A stretch of DNA of 64,000 nt. Origin: Candidatus Poribacteria bacterium (GTDB lineage: Bacteria; Poribacteria; WGA-4E; JAJDTR01). Below the pieces are notes generated by a model. The model was not told the DNA's origin, ran no database searches, and saw only the letters and a program-made list of their open reading frames with translations. Positions 61,509-64,000 of this stretch are shown one piece after another (within the stretch, counting starts at the first letter, position 1; each line of letters begins with the position of its first letter). The position numbers and the translations under genes were made by a program. The stretch is taken from contig CBDCTK010000002.1 of the NCBI GenBank assembly GCA_965222225.1, forward strand, positions 3,360,001 through 3,424,000. The letters run 5' to 3'.

Positions 61509-63404
61509 TCAAGGAAAGAAACGATACCCATATCCCCCGACAATCTCACGTATGATTGTCCATAAACCGCCGATAACGTGCTGGCCCAAGATTACCCCCA
61601 AGAAAAACGGCACCATCTTGCGATAGAGTTGAATGCCCCCGAACTTCAGTATCACCCACTTCGTTAACCACGCAAGAAAGACCGAAAACCACATGGCGCT
61701 CATCACCCAACCGCAAGCCACCGCATACCCGACAGGATGAAACGGAAACCCGACAAATCGATGATGCAGCACCGTAAATAGCGCCGTGATGCCAGCCCCC
61801 ACACCGACCTCCCGAAGCATGAGATCGTTACCCTCGCCCGGGTTTTGCAACCATACTTCGAGCCGACGAAGCGCTTCCGACCCTAGATTGTATCGGGTTC
61901 CCGTGCCGTGACGATACATGGCGTCCGTGTACGCCCAAAAACCCGCGACCGTGCCGACAATGGAAGCCACAATCATCGCCGCCAGAAATCGTCGACTCGA
62001 AGCTCCCACAGACTGGGCAAGCTTGAAACCTTCTAGCTGATGCCCAACCGGGTGAGACCGATACGCCCGGCTCATCCAATAGAGCCTGGTGAACAACGCG
62101 ATATTGCGCGCCCCCGTACGGCGTGCCCCGAGTCCGTTCAGGATGAGTTGCTCGGGACCTATCCACTCGGCATCGTGCGCTGGCGGTCCGGTCTCCGCAC
62201 GGATTCGGGCAATCGCAATCATGTAGAGAAAATAGATTAGAAGAAAAAGTGCCGCAATCCCCACAGACATGCCAACGTAGTACAGCGCCAACACCAAAAT
62301 ACAAATGCCAGCCACCATCCCGACTAGCGCTGTTCGGTAGCGCATTGGCTCGTTCGCCTCGGCTCCTTCCGGGGGGTTACCGCGAATTCCCCAGCCCAGT
62401 ACCTGCTTGAGGTATTTGCGGCTTGCCCACAATGCGAGAATTGTAAGTACCATCCACGCGCCCGATGTCTGATAGCTCCGATACGGTCCTGGCGTATCCC
62501 AGACACCAATCGCTCGCCGAAAGATGAGTTCCGCCTTCCAGAATAGATGGAAAAACCACGCCGAAAACGAGAGATTCACCGGTAGAAAGTAGACCAACCC
62601 AATCACGAAAGGGTACACTGCCACCGGAGTCCAGCCAATAGCATTCCACGGCTTTGCCGTGAACAGCGACGCAGGGTCGTAGACAATTTTGAAACTCGGA
62701 ATAACGGGAAAAAGCCCGTGCAAGCCGTTGATAACATCTATGCTGCCGGTCAAGATAAATCCAATCCACAGAGCCCGATTCGAGAGTAGTCCTATGCCGC
62801 CTCTCGCCAGTTCCAGCGGCAACTGGATGACCGGGTAGGACAGTTTCTCGTTTTCCGTCCACTGCTTTCTGATGATAGCGTTCATACACAGCAGAACGAA
62901 GAGGAGTACGACCAAGAATCCGCCCCAAAACACCACGGGAAGTAACCACGCACTCAAATTCCTGTCACTGTAAAGCGTGGTTTCCCCTTTCTGGAAGGCG
63001 ATTAAAGCTCTCTCATCATATACGGTAAGCCATTGAGGGATATGCCGTCCGAACAGGACTGCCCACTCGTTTTCCGGCGTTGCGCCCCACAGAGATGTCA
63101 GCGTTGGAACCATGACATTCATCAGGTCATGTCCAAAGATGCCGGTGCCAATCGACAGCATCACATACACAATTAGGAGTTCGCTAGGTTGGAAAGCAAT
63201 CTGCGGAGCGGCTTTCTTCAGCAGTGCGTTCAGAATCGCCAGAACAAAGATGCTGAACGTCACGTTATAGAAAAGCGTGAAAAGCGTAGAATAGACGGCG
63301 GGATGGAGCGACTCCGCGTGCATTAGCCAGTAGAGGTTGATCGGTATCAATAGCGCTCCCAGAATCAGGGCGCGATAGAACGACATCTTCCTCTCTGTTT
63401 GCAA
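61509..63404 (-). CDS. DUF6785/DUF6784-like polytopic membrane protein (paralog of 41095..43065)
   Basis: ATPENEW, RKQW.E.EKL.YP.IQLP, RIRAETGPP, RSHP..HQLEGFK, FPFHPVGY. Confidence 0.75.
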   Translation of the reverse strand: MQTERKMSFYRALILGALLIPINLYWLMHAESLHPAVYSTLFTLFYNVTFSIFVLAILNALLKKAAPQIAFQPSELLIVYVMLSIGTGIFGHDLMNVMVPTLTSLWGATPENEWAVLFGRHIPQWLTVYDERALIAFQKGETTLYSDRNLSAWLLPVVFWGGFLVVLLFVLLCMNAIIRKQWTENEKLSYPVIQLPLELARGGIGLLSNRALWIGFILTGSIDVINGLHGLFPVIPSFKIVYDPASLFTAKPWNAIGWTPVAVYPFVIGLVYFLPVNLSFSAWFFHLFWKAELIFRRAIGVWDTPGPYRSYQTSGAWMVLTILALWASRKYLKQVLGWGIRGNPPEGAEANEPMRYRTALVGMVAGICILVLALYYVGMSVGIAALFLLIYFLYMIAIARIRAETGPPAHDAEWIGPEQLILNGLGARRTGARNIALFTRLYWMSRAYRSHPVGHQLEGFKLAQSVGASSRRFLAAMIVASIVGTVAGFWAYTDAMYRHGTGTRYNLGSEALRRLEVWLQNPGEGNDLMLREVGVGAGITALFTVLHHRFVGFPFHPVGYAVACGWVMSAMWFSVFLAWLTKWVILKFGGIQLYRKMVPFFLGVILGQHVIGGLWTIIREIVGGYGYRFFP

Positions 63405-63527
63405 AGGCGTCGAAGCTCCTCAAGTGTGAATTGGAAAGGGGGACATGTCTCTCACGATTCACGTGGGATGGTGTATGATTGGGCATCCTGAAATTCATCA
63501 GCGGCTGCCAGCTCCGTTAAACTCGTG

Positions 63528-63724
63528 TCAAGCGACAACGGATGCTTCTACGTGCGACTCACGGTGTTTGTCACCCCGGAAAACTGGTGCACCTGTATGA
63601 CACTCAATGTCGCTTGTGCAAGCGCCCCACGCGTCTGCTATCCGAAATGCCGACCTAACATTGACGGGGGCTTGCACATCCTGTACGATAAAAGCCAGTT
63701 TTCTTTCTGGCGCTTCCGCCTGCT
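63528..63724 (-). pseudogene. Possible SpoU/TrmH methyltransferase fragment
   Basis: LAFIVQDVQAPVNVRSAFRIADA resembles TrmH motif 1; the rest is missing and the 5' end abuts a MITE-like end. Confidence 0.35.
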
Positions 63725-63937
63725 TAGAGCTTGTTTGAACATCCATTTTTGTAGCGCTATTCGTCTCAAAACCAAGGTTTTTGTCAGCGTTTTTGTAGGG
63801 TGTGCACTGCGCACCAGCCTTTAGAAGCCCCAGCGGGGATCGAGCGAACGGATAGTGAGTGCGATAGAGATCTCACAGATAATTGCACTCGAAATGCCCA
63901 AAAATGGCTTTTCCATCTATTTTTCAAACAGGATCTT
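63725..63937. mobile_element. Putative MITE with IS5-like terminal inverted repeats, containing a REP-like hairpin and one GA-hairpin element
   Basis: Left TAGAGCTTGTTTGAA, right TTCAAACAGGATCTT; related right ends at about 12430-12475 and 20733-20778. Confidence 0.55.
63839..63874 (+). repeat. 36-nt GA-hairpin element, single copy
   Basis: ATCGAGCGAACGGATAGTGAGTGCGATAGAGATCTC. Confidence 0.85.
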
Positions 63938-64000
63938 CAGAAAATCTTTGAGCGGTTACCGCGAGGTTGTTTCATCTGAACGTCAAGCTGCTTTGTGCTG

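Overview
Bacterial 64-kb window whose gene content suggests Candidatus Poribacteria, a sponge symbiont. This is an inference from a LamG protein with the C-terminal AVxPxxKLTTTWGxIK motif, WD40 and ankyrin proteins, PhyH dioxygenases and two large polytopic DUF6785-like membrane proteins. Main blocks: (1) a TonB-dependent receptor / T9SS-CTD-like protein / PorV-like locus split by about 3.8 kb of small accessory genes (GIY-YIG-like, HhH-like, toxin-antitoxin); (2) an RDD-SpoIIM-DUF58-MoxR-DUF4350-DUF4129-vWA cluster interrupted by a four-gene type I Zorya anti-phage operon whose zorD has one in-frame TAA; (3) a carbohydrate/sulfate catabolic region; (4) two ankyrin genes. The most striking unexplained signal is non-coding: a 36-37 nt element, ATC-AA-xx-GA-yy-GNNNA-y'y'-GA-x'x'-GC-GAT-AGAGATCCC, with compensatory base changes in two short stems separated by near-invariant tandem GA/GA. 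By eye I count 24 starts at 13 intergenic loci, all on the + strand. It sits inside REP-like hairpins and MITE-like elements and is repeatedly nested inside copies of itself, up to three deep. About eight genes carry single frameshifts or stops, which could be real decay or assembly error. No rRNA, tRNA or CRISPR array was recognised. Protein family calls come from motif recognition, not database searches.
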